32,105 bases of DNA from a virus (taxonomy: Duplodnaviria; Caudoviricetes): the IMG/VR virus record IMGVR_UViG_3300006182_000058, positions 1 through 32,105 of that record; one strand, 5' to 3'. Under the pieces are notes generated by a model that saw only the letters and a list, made by a program, of their open reading frames with translations, ran no database searches and had not been told where the DNA came from. Both the position numbers and the translations under genes were made by a program. Position 1 is the stretch's first letter; every line of letters starts with the position of its first letter. This document shows positions 23,935-32,105 of this stretch, one piece after another.

Positions 23935-25708
23935 GCCCATGAGCGCCGTGATGACACAACGCCTAGTTGCCCTTGCGCACGAACTGGAACGCTCCACCGC
24001 GAGCCGTACAGAGCTGTGCCAGGCGGCAGCGGACGATCTGCGCATCTCCCTGGCGACTCTGTACCGGAAACTCAAGGAGGTCACCGTGACCCAATCCCGT
24101 AAGCAACGGGCCGACGCCGGCAACTCAGCGCTAACCCGCGACGAGGCCGAGATGCTCAGCACCACGATGATTCGCTCGATCCGTGACAACGACAAACAGC
24201 TCAGCACCCTGGAGCGTGCGGTCGAGCGCCTGCGCAACAATGGCAAGATCATCGCCGGCACCGTTGACCCGGATAGCGGCCTTATCACCCCCATGTCGCT
24301 CAGCGCCATCGGTCGCGCCCTGCGTGGCTATGGCCTGCACCCCGAGCAGTTGCTGCGCCCGACGCCAGCCGTCGAGCTGGTCAGCAAGCACCCCAACCAC
24401 GTCTGGCAGATCGACGCCTCGATCTCCACCCAGTTCTACCTGGCCGACGACGGCGCCCGCGCCATGAACAAAGCCGAGTTCTACGACGGCAAGCCGGAGA
24501 ACCTCAAGCGCATCGAGAAGCAGCGTCTGTGGCGCTACGTCATCACCGACCACACCAGCGGCACCCTCTACGTGCACTACGTGCTCGGCGCCGAGAGCGC
24601 GGAGAACCTCTGCCACGTACTGATCAGCGCCATGGTCAAGCGCGGCGACACCGACCCATTCCACGGCGTGCCCTTCATGATCATGACCGACCCTGGTGCG
24701 GCCATGACCTCCTCGATGTTCCGCAACCTCTGCCGTGCGCTGGGCATCGAGCTGATCATCAACAAGGTGGGCAACGCCCGCGCCAAGGGCCAGGTCGAGC
24801 AGGCGCACAACATCGTCGAGCGCGAGTTCGAAAGCGGCCTGCAACTGATGAAGAAGCCCAGCACCCTGGACGAGATCAACGGCCTGGCCGGGCGCTGGAT
24901 GCGGCACTACAACGCCACTGCCATCCACACCCGCCACCACCGCGCCCGTTATGCCCTTTGGATGACCATCAAGCCCGAGCAACTGCGCATCGCGCCGCCT
25001 GCGGAGATGATGCGCGAGCTGGCCATTGCCGCACCGGAGACGCGCAAGGTATCCGCCAAGCTGCGCGTTCCGTTCCGTGGCGCCGAATACGACGTCGGCA
25101 GCATCGAGCACCTGCAGGTCGGCGACTCGGTGCTGATCACCCGCAACCCGTTCCGCGATGCCGACAGCGCCCAGCTGGTACTGCGCGGTGAAGACGGCCG
25201 CGAGCACTACCAGGTGATCGAACGCATCGAGCGCGACGACAACGGCTTCGCCGCCAATGGCGCCACCCGCCGCGTGATCGGTGAAGGCCACCAGGCCCTG
25301 CCGGAAACCGCTGCGCAGAAAGATCGCAAGCAGCTCGATCAGTTGGCCACCGGCACCAGCTCGGTGACCGAGGCCGAGCAGGCCATCAAGGCCCGCGCCG
25401 TGCCTTTCAATGGCGAGATCGACCCCTTCAAGGAACAGGCCAACACCGTCCTCCCGACCTACCTGCCCAAGCGCGGTACCGAGCTGGAAACCCGCGTCAC
25501 CGTGGCCACCGTCGAGATCAAGCCACTGACCGTCATCGAAGCCGCCAAGGCGCTGCGCGCCCGCATGGGCAGCAGCTGGACGGCCGAGCATCTGGCCACC
25601 CTCAAGGCCGAGTACCCGAACGGCGTACCCGAAGCCGATCTGGACGCCATCCACACGCGCCTGACGGCGCCTGCACGTCCAGGGCTGCGCCTGGTTGGGG
25701 GTGAGTGA
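23927..25708 (+). CDS. DDE transposase (MuA-like)
   Basis: N-terminal HTH; 'HPNHVWQIDAS', 'IMTDPG', 'NARAKGQVEQAH' give the D-D-E triad. Confidence 0.93.
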   Translation: MRKPMSAVMTQRLVALAHELERSTASRTELCQAAADDLRISLATLYRKLKEVTVTQSRKQRADAGNSALTRDEAEMLSTTMIRSIRDNDKQLSTLERAVERLRNNGKIIAGTVDPDSGLITPMSLSAIGRALRGYGLHPEQLLRPTPAVELVSKHPNHVWQIDASISTQFYLADDGARAMNKAEFYDGKPENLKRIEKQRLWRYVITDHTSGTLYVHYVLGAESAENLCHVLISAMVKRGDTDPFHGVPFMIMTDPGAAMTSSMFRNLCRALGIELIINKVGNARAKGQVEQAHNIVEREFESGLQLMKKPSTLDEINGLAGRWMRHYNATAIHTRHHRARYALWMTIKPEQLRIAPPAEMMRELAIAAPETRKVSAKLRVPFRGAEYDVGSIEHLQVGDSVLITRNPFRDADSAQLVLRGEDGREHYQVIERIERDDNGFAANGATRRVIGEGHQALPETAAQKDRKQLDQLATGTSSVTEAEQAIKARAVPFNGEIDPFKEQANTVLPTYLPKRGTELETRVTVATVEIKPLTVIEAAKALRARMGSSWTAEHLATLKAEYPNGVPEADLDAIHTRLTAPARPGLRLVGGE

Positions 25709-25953
25709 TGACCGGATTCAGCGTAGCCCCATACCGAGTATTGGTTCAGAAGTCGCGTGGTCGCGGCTTTGATGGCCAGTTCTTCGACGATGAGAAGGCC
25801 GCCGCCATGCAGCTGCTGTGGGAGCACCTGGTGAACGCCGATGATCCGCAAGCTGCGCTGACCTCATTGCGCGCGGAACTTGAAAGTCATCTAGCCGACT
25901 TTTCTCGCGAATGGCTTGAGCCGCAGCCAGCCGACCAGGGAGATGAGCTATGA
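25705..25953 (+). CDS. Hypothetical protein between transposase and ATPase
   Basis: 82 aa overlapping both flanking genes by 4 nt. Confidence 0.6.
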   Translation: MMTGFSVAPYRVLVQKSRGRGFDGQFFDDEKAAAMQLLWEHLVNADDPQAALTSLRAELESHLADFSREWLEPQPADQGDEL

Positions 25954-27119
25954 AACGCCTCAAGCAAGTGCTGGCCAGCGTGAGCAAGGGCCAGGCCGAC
26001 CTGGCCAGGGCGGTGAAGCTCAGCCCGGCTGCCATCGCCCAACTGATCAACCACGGCCAGTGGCCCAAGAGCATCCCGATGAACCAGCTGGCCTGGGCCA
26101 TCACCGAGTACCTGATGCAACAAGGCGCGGAGTTCGACGCTGTGCGCGCCGCGTTTGAAGAGATGGGGCCTGCGCGCGCCAACGCGCAGGCCCCTGCAAC
26201 CCCGGAAAACAATCACGAAACCCAGGAGTGCCCCGACATGCTAATGGCTAAACAAACCCCGCGACCAGACACCAAGCGTGCCTTCGGCCTGATGACCGAC
26301 CCGTTCGGTGATCTGCGCAGCGCCGAGGACATGTATTTCAGCGGCGATATTCGCTACATCCGCGAGAGCATGTACCAGACCGCCCGGCATGACGGCTTCC
26401 TCGCCGTCGTGGGTGAGTCCGGCGCCGGCAAGAGCACGCTGCGCCGCGACCTGTCGTACCGCCTGCGCAACGATCCGGTCATCACCATCGACCCCTTCGT
26501 GGTCGGCATGGAGGCCAACGACGTCAAGGGCAAGACCCTTAAGGCGACCCACATCGCCGAGGCCATCATGTACGCCGTGGCGCCGCTGGAGACGCCGAAG
26601 TCCAGCCCCGAGGCTCGGTTCCGCCAGGTGCACACCTGCCTCAAGAACTCCTTCGCCGCCGGTAACCGGCATGTCGTGATCATCGAAGAGGCGCATTCGA
26701 TTCCGACGCAGACCCTGAACCACCTCAAGCGCATGCGTGACCAGTTCGAGGACGGCTTCGACAAGCTGCTCTCCATCATCCTGATCGGCCAGCCCGAGCT
26801 GCTGAAGAAGCTGAGCCCGCGCAACGCCGATGTGCGGGAAGTCGCCCAGCGCGTCGAAATCGCCATCCTGCAACCCATCCCCAAGGGCGACGTCGAGCAG
26901 CACTTGGCGTTCCGCGTCGGTCGGGCCAACAAGAAGCTGGACGAGCTGATCGAGCCGGCCGGCATCCACGCCATCATCGAGCGCCTCGGCAGCTCGGGTA
27001 AGGACGGTGCCAGCCAGCTCTACCCGCTGGCCATCGGCAACCTGTTCAACGCCGCCCTCAACCTCGCCGCCGAGATCGGCGAGTCCCGCGTCACCGCTGA
27101 TGTTGTGAAGGGGGTGTGA
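25950..27119 (+). CDS. Transposition AAA+ ATPase (MuB/ExeA-like) with N-terminal HTH
   Basis: Walker A GESGAGKS; Walker B 'VIIEEAH'; 'LIGQPEL'. Confidence 0.92.
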   Translation: MKRLKQVLASVSKGQADLARAVKLSPAAIAQLINHGQWPKSIPMNQLAWAITEYLMQQGAEFDAVRAAFEEMGPARANAQAPATPENNHETQECPDMLMAKQTPRPDTKRAFGLMTDPFGDLRSAEDMYFSGDIRYIRESMYQTARHDGFLAVVGESGAGKSTLRRDLSYRLRNDPVITIDPFVVGMEANDVKGKTLKATHIAEAIMYAVAPLETPKSSPEARFRQVHTCLKNSFAAGNRHVVIIEEAHSIPTQTLNHLKRMRDQFEDGFDKLLSIILIGQPELLKKLSPRNADVREVAQRVEIAILQPIPKGDVEQHLAFRVGRANKKLDELIEPAGIHAIIERLGSSGKDGASQLYPLAIGNLFNAALNLAAEIGESRVTADVVKGV

Positions 27120-27122
27120 GTC

Positions 27123-27512
27123 ATGGCCAACCTGCAGAAATTCACCCTGAGCGACTCCTGGAAGGACTGGTCGATCACCCTGGAAGTTGATCTCGACATC
27201 CTCACCGTAGAGCGCGCCACCGAAATCAACGAGTTCTGGTCGGATGCTGATTATCGACTCCGCCAGGCCAACGGCGACGTAGTTCTCGCGGTTATCAAAA
27301 TGGCTGCCGGTCGCTTCATCTATGCCTTTTTGGAGATCGGTGGCGCCTGTGTGACCAAGGATGAAGGGGGCAGCAACTGGACTACGACGGAACTGCACAA
27401 CCAGGAAGGCTGGGGCGGTAGCGAAGAGGGAAACCCCTTCGGCTGGTGTGGCATCCGCCTGGTCAGCGCAGACGTTGAAGTCGACCTCGATCTTGAGTTC
27501 AAGGGGGCATGA
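27123..27512 (+). CDS. DUF2528-like protein
   Basis: 'EINEFWSDADYRL...GDVVLAV', 'EGW', 'GIRL'. Confidence 0.7.
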   Translation: MANLQKFTLSDSWKDWSITLEVDLDILTVERATEINEFWSDADYRLRQANGDVVLAVIKMAAGRFIYAFLEIGGACVTKDEGGSNWTTTELHNQEGWGGSEEGNPFGWCGIRLVSADVEVDLDLEFKGA

Positions 27513-27865
27513 CCATGTCTACCGCCAACGTCATCCCGCTCAGTGCCGACGTCGCCGCCGGGATCGCCCGCCAGCACGCACTGCCAATGTGCACCGTGCT
27601 GACCCCCGAACTGGCCGACAAGCTCCGGGTAATCAACGAGATGTCCCGCCGCCTTCGGGCGGTGGGGGTGCGCGTCGAGGAGACTTCACCGCTCGACAGC
27701 AAGATCTTCATCCACGCCGAGGACTCCGACCAGCTCGCCGCAGCGTTCCGCAGCGAATGGCGCAGCCCGGTCTGGAGCACCAAGGGCGTCCACAACATCA
27801 ACTGCGTCCGCCTCGGCGGCTGCCAAGTCTGCTGGCTGACGCCGGCAAAGGGGCTGCAGCCATGA
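27509..27865 (+). CDS. Hypothetical protein
   Basis: ATGA coupling on both sides. Confidence 0.7.
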   Translation: MTMSTANVIPLSADVAAGIARQHALPMCTVLTPELADKLRVINEMSRRLRAVGVRVEETSPLDSKIFIHAEDSDQLAAAFRSEWRSPVWSTKGVHNINCVRLGGCQVCWLTPAKGLQP

Positions 27866-28191
27866 CCAAGTCAGCCCGTGTGCTGCAGCTGGAGCAGCTG
27901 TTGCGCGACTCACGGACCTTTGTGAGCCGCTGCAACAGCATCGGGGCCCAGCGCCTCAGTACCGTCATCACCGAAACCCTGGCTGTGCCGGCTAGCGACG
28001 ACGAGCCGGACCTGCAGGCCGCCATCCAGGTGATGACCGACGCCAGCAGCAGCGAAACCCCAACCATGTTCTGGGGCGAAGCCATGCGCCACGTGCGCGT
28101 GCTGCTGGTCGCTCTCACTGAACGCCAGCAGAAGCCCTGCGCCTGCGGCGATCCCCTGTGCCTGCGCTTTGCTGGCGAGGGGGATGCATGA
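27862..28191 (+). CDS. Hypothetical protein
   Basis: Start at ATG 27862 (ATGA overlap); C-terminal CACGDPLC. Confidence 0.65.
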   Translation: MTKSARVLQLEQLLRDSRTFVSRCNSIGAQRLSTVITETLAVPASDDEPDLQAAIQVMTDASSSETPTMFWGEAMRHVRVLLVALTERQQKPCACGDPLCLRFAGEGDA

Positions 28192-28352
28192 GCCGCCTCA
28201 CCGTTTGGACGATCTGTTGCCTGGTCGTCACGTTCTCAATCCTCGTGCGCGACAACGAAACTCCGTTTCGCGTCTTCATCGCGTTTTATGCAGTCCTCGG
28301 CGCTCCGCTGGGGATGCACTACTCATTCGAGAGGTGGATACACCATGACTGA
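28188..28352 (+). CDS. Small two-TM membrane protein
   Basis: 54 aa, two hydrophobic stretches, ATGA overlap. Confidence 0.5.
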   Translation: MSRLTVWTICCLVVTFSILVRDNETPFRVFIAFYAVLGAPLGMHYSFERWIHHD

Positions 28353-28965
28353 GCAAACCCAAGTCCCTGAAGGCTTCCGGCTCGATGCTCAAGGCCGCCA
28401 CGTACCTGAATCCATGATCAAGCCGCTAGACCTGATGCGCGACGAGCTGGTGATGACCATCGTCGGCAAGACCCAGGAACTCAACCAGGCGTTGGCCGAC
28501 TTCAAGGCCAAGGTGTTCGGCGACGTCGACGCCCTGGTGACAATCGCGGCCGACGAGTACGGCGCCAAGCTGGGCGGCACCAAGGGCAATGTCACGCTGT
28601 TCAGCTATGACGGCCGCTTCAAGGTGGTGCGGGCCAAGGCGGACAACATCCGCTTCGACGAACGCCTGCAGGGCGCGAAGGCGCTGATCGACGAATGCCT
28701 GCAGGAGTGGGTGAAGGGCTCGCGCCCCGAGATCATCACCCTGATTAACGACGCCTTCAAAGTCGACCAGGCCGGCAACATCCGCACCGGCAGCGTCCTG
28801 GCGCTGCGCCGCCTGGAGATCACGGACGAGCGCTGGATTCGCGCCATGCAGGCCATTAGCGACGCGGTCACCGTGGTCACTACCAGCTCCTACGTCCGTG
28901 TGTACGAGCGCGTCGGTGATACCGACCGGTACGAGCCCATCAGCCTCGACATTGCGAAGGTGTGA
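28345..28965 (+). CDS. DUF3164 family protein
   Basis: 'DAQGRHVP..IKPLDL.RDELV', 'GGTKGNVTL.SYDG', 'FDERLQ.AK.LIDEC'. Confidence 0.85.
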   Translation: MTEQTQVPEGFRLDAQGRHVPESMIKPLDLMRDELVMTIVGKTQELNQALADFKAKVFGDVDALVTIAADEYGAKLGGTKGNVTLFSYDGRFKVVRAKADNIRFDERLQGAKALIDECLQEWVKGSRPEIITLINDAFKVDQAGNIRTGSVLALRRLEITDERWIRAMQAISDAVTVVTTSSYVRVYERVGDTDRYEPISLDIAKV

Positions 28966-28967
28966 CC

Positions 28968-29675
28968 ATGGACCAGGAGCGCATTCTCGAAAAGATCAAG
29001 AAGTGCATGGAGATGGCCAAGGGCAAGGGCTCCAACCCTAACGAGGCCGAGATCGCCCTGCGCCAGGCCCATAAGCTGATGGAGGCCTACAACCTCGAAA
29101 TGGGTGACGTCCTGGCCAGTATGGCCGGTGAGGTCACCATCGAGGCCGGCTCTGACGGTACTCCACCCACCTGGCGTATCCGCCTGGCCCATGTGTGCGC
29201 CCATGCATTCGGCACGCGCATGATCATTACGCAGAAGCTGACGAACCATTTCGACGTCGTCGGGGCGTTTATCTTTGTAGGCTGCGCTGCGGCACCAGAG
29301 CTTAGCGGATATGCCTACCAGGTACTGGAGCGGCAGCTGCAGAAGGCTCGACGTGAGTTCCTGCAGTCACCGAAGAACAAGCGCTGCAAGCGCTCAACCA
29401 AGGTCGCGCGCGGCGATCACTTCGCCAATGGCTGGATCGATGCCGTGTACCTCAAGGTCGACCAGTTCGCTGGCGTTGACGACAACATCGCCGAAGCGAT
29501 CGAAGCCTACATGGCGAAGCACCACGCCGACCTGGGCAAGCACGAAATGAAGCGCCGCAAGCTCAAAGCCCGCGATGAAGGTGCCGCCGAGGCCGGCTAC
29601 CAGGCAGGCAAGAGCGCGCAATTGCACCAAGGCCTCGGCCACAAACCAGTCGCCCGACTGACTCAGGGGGTGTGA
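28968..29675 (+). CDS. DUF2786 domain protein
   Basis: 'ILEKIKKCMEMA...NPNEAEIALRQAHKLMEAYN'. Confidence 0.85.
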   Translation: MDQERILEKIKKCMEMAKGKGSNPNEAEIALRQAHKLMEAYNLEMGDVLASMAGEVTIEAGSDGTPPTWRIRLAHVCAHAFGTRMIITQKLTNHFDVVGAFIFVGCAAAPELSGYAYQVLERQLQKARREFLQSPKNKRCKRSTKVARGDHFANGWIDAVYLKVDQFAGVDDNIAEAIEAYMAKHHADLGKHEMKRRKLKARDEGAAEAGYQAGKSAQLHQGLGHKPVARLTQGV

Positions 29676-29676
29676 G

Positions 29677-29901
29677 ATGCAAACCCTTGAATGCACCGTG
29701 AAGTACAACATGGGTGCCTACCAGACCAACACCGTGCGCAGCCAGCGCGCCAGTTGCAGCCACTCCGAGGACGAGGCCGTACGCCACCTGGGCGTGAAGC
29801 TTTTCGGCGAGCGGCTCGACCACGTCGAGCGCATCGATCTCAAACCCAGCGATCAGCCGGGAATGAGCCGCTGGCTGATCGTCGGCCGGGAGGTGCAGTG
29901 A
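29677..29901 (+). CDS. Hypothetical protein
   Basis: 74 aa; coupled to the next gene by TGATG. Confidence 0.65.
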   Translation: MQTLECTVKYNMGAYQTNTVRSQRASCSHSEDEAVRHLGVKLFGERLDHVERIDLKPSDQPGMSRWLIVGREVQ

Positions 29902-30296
29902 TGGGCCATCCAATTTTCCAAGACGCACCCTCAAGGGACATGACCAAGGCTCAGGAGCGCCAGGCCGAGCTGGATGCTCAGGTCGAGGCCTTCCTTGCCA
30001 AGGGCGGCGAGATCAAGGCCTTCGACAACTTCCGCCGTCCTATCGAGAGTGGGCCATGGCGGTCGAAGTCGATCAACCCGGAGCAGCAGAAGCCAGCCCA
30101 GGCTGCGCCCATCAAGGCGAAACCTGCCAAGCCCGCCGCTCCTGTGAAGGCAAAGCCGGTACCGGAGTTGCTAGCCGAACCGGTGGTGGTGGCTACCATC
30201 GACCTCGGTGCTGAGCTGCGCGCCTTGCGCAAGCAGACTGCAGCCATCAACCGCCGCCTAAATCGCCTGAGCTGCTCCATGGGTGGTCGCACATGA
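29901..30296 (+). CDS. Protein with a SutA-like RNAP-binding motif
   Basis: 'ERQAELDAQVEAFLAKGGEIK'; GGGAGG SD; Pro/Lys/Ala linker and C-terminal coiled coil. Confidence 0.7.
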   Translation: MGHPIFQDAPSRDMTKAQERQAELDAQVEAFLAKGGEIKAFDNFRRPIESGPWRSKSINPEQQKPAQAAPIKAKPAKPAAPVKAKPVPELLAEPVVVATIDLGAELRALRKQTAAINRRLNRLSCSMGGRT

Positions 30297-30859
30297 GTAT
30301 CTCGAAAGGCGTACTCAGCAAGATCCACATCGCCAAGGGCCAACTGGGCATGGATGACGACAGCTATCGCGCACTGCTGCGCCGCGTTGCAGGCGTCGAG
30401 TCGGCAAAAGACCTGAACACCCGCCAGGCCGGCCGGCTGATAGTCGAGCTGGAGCGCCTGGGCTTCAAACCGAAGCCCAGCAGCAAGGCCAAGGGCAAGC
30501 CGCACAACTTCGCCCAGCTGTCCGGTGAGATCGAGGTGATCGAGGCTCAGCTCACTAACATGGGCCTGCCCTGGAGCTATGCCGATGCGATCGCCAAGCG
30601 CCAGTTCGGTGTGGAAAAGGTCGCGTGGCTGAAAACGCCCAAGCAGCTAACGGCGGTGCTGGCGGCGTTGCACGTCGAGCAGGAGAAGCGCGAGCTGCTC
30701 CACCAGGTGGAAGAGCTGTGTAAGGCATTGGGCGTTAGCGATCCAGAACGCATTGACGGTTTGGAAGCCCTGCCGAAGGGGTGGAAGCGCCAGCGTCCAA
30801 TCCTCAAGGCGCTGGTGGATGCCCTCAATAACCTGGTCATCGCGCGGAGGGGCGACTGA
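30293..30859 (+). CDS. gemA: GemA / Mu gp16 (DUF1018)
   Basis: 'KIHIAKGQLGMDDDSYRALL..GVESAKDL', 'YADAIAKRQFGVEKVAWL'. Confidence 0.88.
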   Translation: MSISKGVLSKIHIAKGQLGMDDDSYRALLRRVAGVESAKDLNTRQAGRLIVELERLGFKPKPSSKAKGKPHNFAQLSGEIEVIEAQLTNMGLPWSYADAIAKRQFGVEKVAWLKTPKQLTAVLAALHVEQEKRELLHQVEELCKALGVSDPERIDGLEALPKGWKRQRPILKALVDALNNLVIARRGD

Positions 30860-31410
30860 TGCAGCTGCAATGCCCTTGCTGCGGCGAGCAGTTTCCGATC
30901 GAGGCCGGCTTCGCAGACGCGGACGGCAAGAAGCTGGCGGCAATGCTCGCCGGCCTCGATCCGAAGCTCGGCCGGGCGGTGCTCAACTACCTGCGCCTGT
31001 TCAGCCCGGCCAAGCGCGGCCTGCGCATGACGCGTGCCATCAAGGTGCTGGAAGATCTGCTCGACCTGGTCAACGCCGGCACCGTGCAAAAGGACGCTCG
31101 CAAGAACGACACCAAGCCCGCGCCGCCACGGCTGTGGGTGGCCGGCATCGAGCAGATGCTGATCGGCCGCGAGCGCCTGACGCTGCCGCTGGAAAACCAC
31201 AACTACCTGCGCGCGGTGGTCTACGGCATCGCCAGCGACCCCGCCCAGGCCCAAGCCGCCGCGGCGGCCAAGCCGAAGCGCGCAGCAACCACACCACAAC
31301 AGGACGTCCAGGACGCCATCGGCCGCATCGAGGCCGACCTGCGCCTGGGGATCATCAAGACACGTGAGGAAGCCGATCGCCGCATAGCTGCGGCAAGGGG
31401 GAACGCATGA
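30859..31410 (+). CDS. Conserved Mu-like hypothetical protein with N-terminal CPCC
   Basis: 'CPCCG', 'YLRLFSPAKRGL', 'LPLENHNYL'; between gemA and mor. Confidence 0.75.
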   Translation: MQLQCPCCGEQFPIEAGFADADGKKLAAMLAGLDPKLGRAVLNYLRLFSPAKRGLRMTRAIKVLEDLLDLVNAGTVQKDARKNDTKPAPPRLWVAGIEQMLIGRERLTLPLENHNYLRAVVYGIASDPAQAQAAAAAKPKRAATTPQQDVQDAIGRIEADLRLGIIKTREEADRRIAAARGNA

Positions 31411-31766
31411 AGGTCAGAGCGCAGCAAATCCGCCGGCGCAACTCGATGCTGCGAGAGCTGAGCGAGATGGTGACCGTCGCCTTGGTTCGCAACGGTGCGG
31501 ACGAGGCCAAGGCCAAGAACGAAGCCGAGGATCTGTGCTTCCAGCTTCACCGCCGCTGGCGCGGGATCACCTTCACATTCCCGACCAGGGACGAGCTGGC
31601 ACATCAGCGGCTGAAGCTGCATGTCGTCAAGGAGTACAATGGATCGAACGCTGACGAGCTGGTGCGCAAGTACAGCATCACCGAGGACTGGATCTACTCA
31701 GTGTTGCGCGAGCACCAGCGCCGCAACACCCACCGCGACCAGCACACCCTCGACCTCGGCGACTAA
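31407..31766 (+). CDS. mor: Mor/C-family transcription activator
   Basis: 'RWRGITFTFP', 'YNGSNADELVRKYSITEDWIYSVL'. Confidence 0.88.
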   Translation: MKVRAQQIRRRNSMLRELSEMVTVALVRNGADEAKAKNEAEDLCFQLHRRWRGITFTFPTRDELAHQRLKLHVVKEYNGSNADELVRKYSITEDWIYSVLREHQRRNTHRDQHTLDLGD

Positions 31767-31787
31767 CCACTGCTCAGGAGCCAACTG

Positions 31788-32105
31788 ATGGCCCGGAAAT
31801 TCGCCATTAACAGTCTGCCAGCTGATGTTCGTGCCGAGCTGTCGGAGAATTATCACAAGTACCCGGCATGGACGCTGAACGACCACGTCGACTGGTTGAT
31901 AGGTCGGGGGTATGCCGTATCGCGCTCTGCGGTGCATCGATACCTGAGCCCTAAAGCTGAGGATTCCGCCAAGCCTGAGCCGCACGCGGAGCAGCTCCGC
32001 CTTCGCTGCCTGGAGGTCGCCGCCTCTATCTATAAAGGAGAGGATTCTGCAGAGCTGAAAGCCCTGGCTGAGTCCCTAATTGCCTGGGTTAAGCTGCCCG
32101 ATTAG
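31788..32105 (+). CDS. DUF3486-like (small-terminase N-domain) protein
   Basis: 'MARKFAINSLPADVRAEL...GYAVSRSAVHRY'; AGGAG SD. Confidence 0.7.
   Translation: MARKFAINSLPADVRAELSENYHKYPAWTLNDHVDWLIGRGYAVSRSAVHRYLSPKAEDSAKPEPHAEQLRLRCLEVAASIYKGEDSAELKALAESLIAWVKLPD

Larger units (their letters stand above)
1..32105. mobile_element. Mu-like (B3/BcepMu-type) transposable prophage, partial
   Basis: DDE transposase plus AAA ATPase, GemA, Mor, Mu gp26-29/gpF/gpG/gp36/gp37-like genes; divergent early/late organisation; no host genes in the window. Confidence 0.96.

Noticed and set aside
1..32105. CRISPR array, tRNA/rRNA, diversity-generating retroelement, invertase, prophage TG...CA ends
   Set aside because: No repeat-spacer array, RNA gene, reverse transcriptase or recombinase seen; ends and tail-fibre region appear to lie outside the window

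Overview
The whole window is part of a Mu-like transposable prophage with a B3/BcepMu-type divergent layout and a siphovirus-type tail; high GC and gene content suggest a Pseudomonas-group host (inference). The minus strand (1-18105) carries the late genes: holin, SLT endolysin, Rz with embedded Rz1, terminases, portal, MuF, gpG, protease/scaffold, capsid, head-tail connectors, tail tube, a frameshifted tail chaperone and the tape measure. At 18259-20531 the XRE repressor heads a three-gene accessory cassette. The plus strand (20622-32105) carries the early operon: Ner/Cro-like, CII-like, DDE transposase, MuB-like ATPase, GemA and Mor. Highlights are an Acb2 anti-CBASS homolog in the head module, a SutA-like RNAP-binding protein, three copies of an 18-bp late-promoter palindrome, interlocking palindromes inside the repressor gene, and several small genes that look like partial copies of the phage's own transposase, small terminase and MuF domains. 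Family assignments come from recalled motifs, not database searches. No prophage end is clearly visible.
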